Shown piece by piece: positions 62,821 through 64,000 of a stretch of 64,000 bases of DNA. Position 1 is the first letter of the stretch. Each line of letters opens with the position of its first letter. The notes beneath the pieces are model-generated. The model saw only the letters and a list, made by a program, of their open reading frames with translations, was not told the origin of the DNA and searched no databases. The stretch is from NCBI GenBank assembly GCA_019307135.1, contig JAFDKF010000028.1, positions 3,535-67,534 of the forward strand, in the 5' to 3' direction. This DNA comes from Deltaproteobacteria bacterium. Its GTDB lineage: Bacteria > Desulfobacterota > Desulfobacteria > Desulfobacterales > C00003060. Position numbers and translations under genes: made by a program.

Positions 62821-63591
62821 ATGAAGAGACTGTCAGTGCTGTCCCTGAATCTCCGGTTTGGTCTTGCTGACGACGGCCCCAATGCGTGGGACCATCGCAA
62901 ACAGAGCGTGGTGAAGCTTTTTAAGAGACAAAGTCCTGATTTGATTGCCACTCAGGAAGCCAATCATTTCCAGATCGATTTCTTAGCCGAGAACCTGCCT
63001 GAATACAGCTACACAGGGAGACGGCACCCTGCTCCCAAATTCTGGCAGGACAATATCCTGTTTTATCGCAAAACGATCGTTTGCAAGGATAATCTCCACT
63101 TTTTCTTGAGTCAAACACCCCATATCCCGAGCCGGTCTTTTGGAAGCCGCTATCCCAGGCAGGGCACCCTTGGGCTTTTCCATCTCAACAGCCAACCCTT
63201 AATTTGTATTGACACCCACTTTGATTTTGAGACACCCGCCCAGATGGGAGCCGCGCGGGTGATCAAGGAACAACTGGCATCATATGATCATGAGATTCCA
63301 ACCATTCTCATGGGCGATTTCAACGCCACACCCGAAAGCCTTTGCTATCAATGGCTGACGGGCAAAGAGGTCGATGGAAAAAATGGCTTGGATTTTAGTG
63401 AAACCTTTACGATGCCCTATCCCAGCACATTCCATCGATTCACGGGGGAGCCGGCTGGCGGTTACATTGACTGGATATTGTACAGGGGACCTGTCCGCCT
63501 TAAAGCTTGTGAGGTCCTGCAAGGGCCGGTAGACGGGACCTACCCTTCAGACCACTTTCCTGTAACAGCCATCTTTGAGTTAGGCGCTTAG
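62821..63591 (+). CDS. endonuclease/exonuclease/phosphatase (EEP) family protein
   Basis: SLNLRFG, LIATQEA, GDFN and a C-terminal SDHFPV. Confidence 0.8.
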   Translation: MKRLSVLSLNLRFGLADDGPNAWDHRKQSVVKLFKRQSPDLIATQEANHFQIDFLAENLPEYSYTGRRHPAPKFWQDNILFYRKTIVCKDNLHFFLSQTPHIPSRSFGSRYPRQGTLGLFHLNSQPLICIDTHFDFETPAQMGAARVIKEQLASYDHEIPTILMGDFNATPESLCYQWLTGKEVDGKNGLDFSETFTMPYPSTFHRFTGEPAGGYIDWILYRGPVRLKACEVLQGPVDGTYPSDHFPVTAIFELGA

Positions 63592-63644
63592 CGACGTAAC
63601 ATCGACAAGAGATTGTCGGTATGACATAATTTTTTGTATTTATT

Positions 63645-63926
63645 TGGCATCCTTCATTCCTCGGTTTACACTTATCAAGGATGCGGGCGCCAAGAGATAA
63701 GTTCTTTTGTTCCTACTTTTTGGTGTCAGGTGTACTTTTTGGTGTCGGGTGTCAGGTTTCAGGTGTCAGGTGCAAGAAACACTGACACCTGAAACCTGAA
63801 CACTGAAACCTGAAACCTGAAACCTGAAACCCCAAATCTGAAACCTGAACACTGAAACCTGAAACCTGAAACCTGGGGTGGTGAAAAAAAGTGTAAACTA
63901 CTTTATGGCGAAAATGAAGGATGCCA
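63645..63926. repeat. family C shell enclosing a GGTGTCAGG / GAAACCT-heptamer hairpin core
   Basis: Shell tggcatccttcatt..ggtttacac / gtgtaaactac..aaaatgaaggatgcca. Core ggtgtcaggtgt..ggtgtcgggtgtcaggtttcaggtgtcagg versus (gaaacct)n. Confidence 0.7.
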
Positions 63927-64000
63927 TTTATTTTAATTAAAATTGATGGTCTCGTAAAAATTCCAAATTAGACGGCAAAGTAAAAAACTCCAAATTCAAG

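Overview
Chromosomal window from a Gram-negative bacterium. Gene content, an LpxI-type lipid A pathway, a PxxKW cysteine-rich protein and the repeat style suggest a Desulfobacterota/deltaproteobacterial-type genome, but that is inference only. I call about 57 protein genes and saw no rRNA, tRNA or CRISPR array. Nearly the whole window is outer-membrane biogenesis. (i) 1-14.7 kb holds LPS core genes: ugd, waaG, waaP, a SAM methyltransferase, two GT2, a two-domain Kdo/WaaP-type kinase, an ArnT/PMT-like GT-C, an LpxL-type acyltransferase, two GT9 heptosyltransferases, a KdkA-like kinase and a first lpxD. (ii) 50455 down to 14665 is a ~36 kb run of 31 genes, all on the minus strand: lolCE-lolD-bamA-skp-lpxD-fabZ-lpxA-lpxI-Gfo/Idh/MocA-lpxB-DUF374-msbA-lptF-lptG-lpxK-epimerase-trm112-carbamoyltransferase-sxtJ-DUF5989-SGNH-kinase-ICMT-waaA-kdsB-kdsA-(aldolase-CBS fusion)-kdsC-like-mlaC-RND-mlaA. 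(iii) 50.6-64 kb holds housekeeping genes: lysS, pilC, aminotransferase, ClC channel, truA, argC, infA, rpsI, rplM, CYTH, EEP. Main points for follow-up: (a) the slot where kdsD should sit is filled by an FSA/transaldolase-type barrel fused to a KdsD-type CBS pair (GIFTDGDLRR), a candidate non-orthologous route to arabinose-5-phosphate. (b) A MlaA-RND(MMPL)-MlaC cluster has no MlaFEDB genes nearby. (c) A carbamoyltransferase-SxtJ-DUF5989-SGNH module is embedded in the lipid A/Kdo cluster. (d) About 30 of 38 intergenic spacers carry a layer of hairpins and microsatellite mosaics built from a small vocabulary of 7-12 nt words. These are often nested, and several supply the stop or start codons of envelope genes. 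All functional calls rest on motif recognition from memory; no database search was possible.
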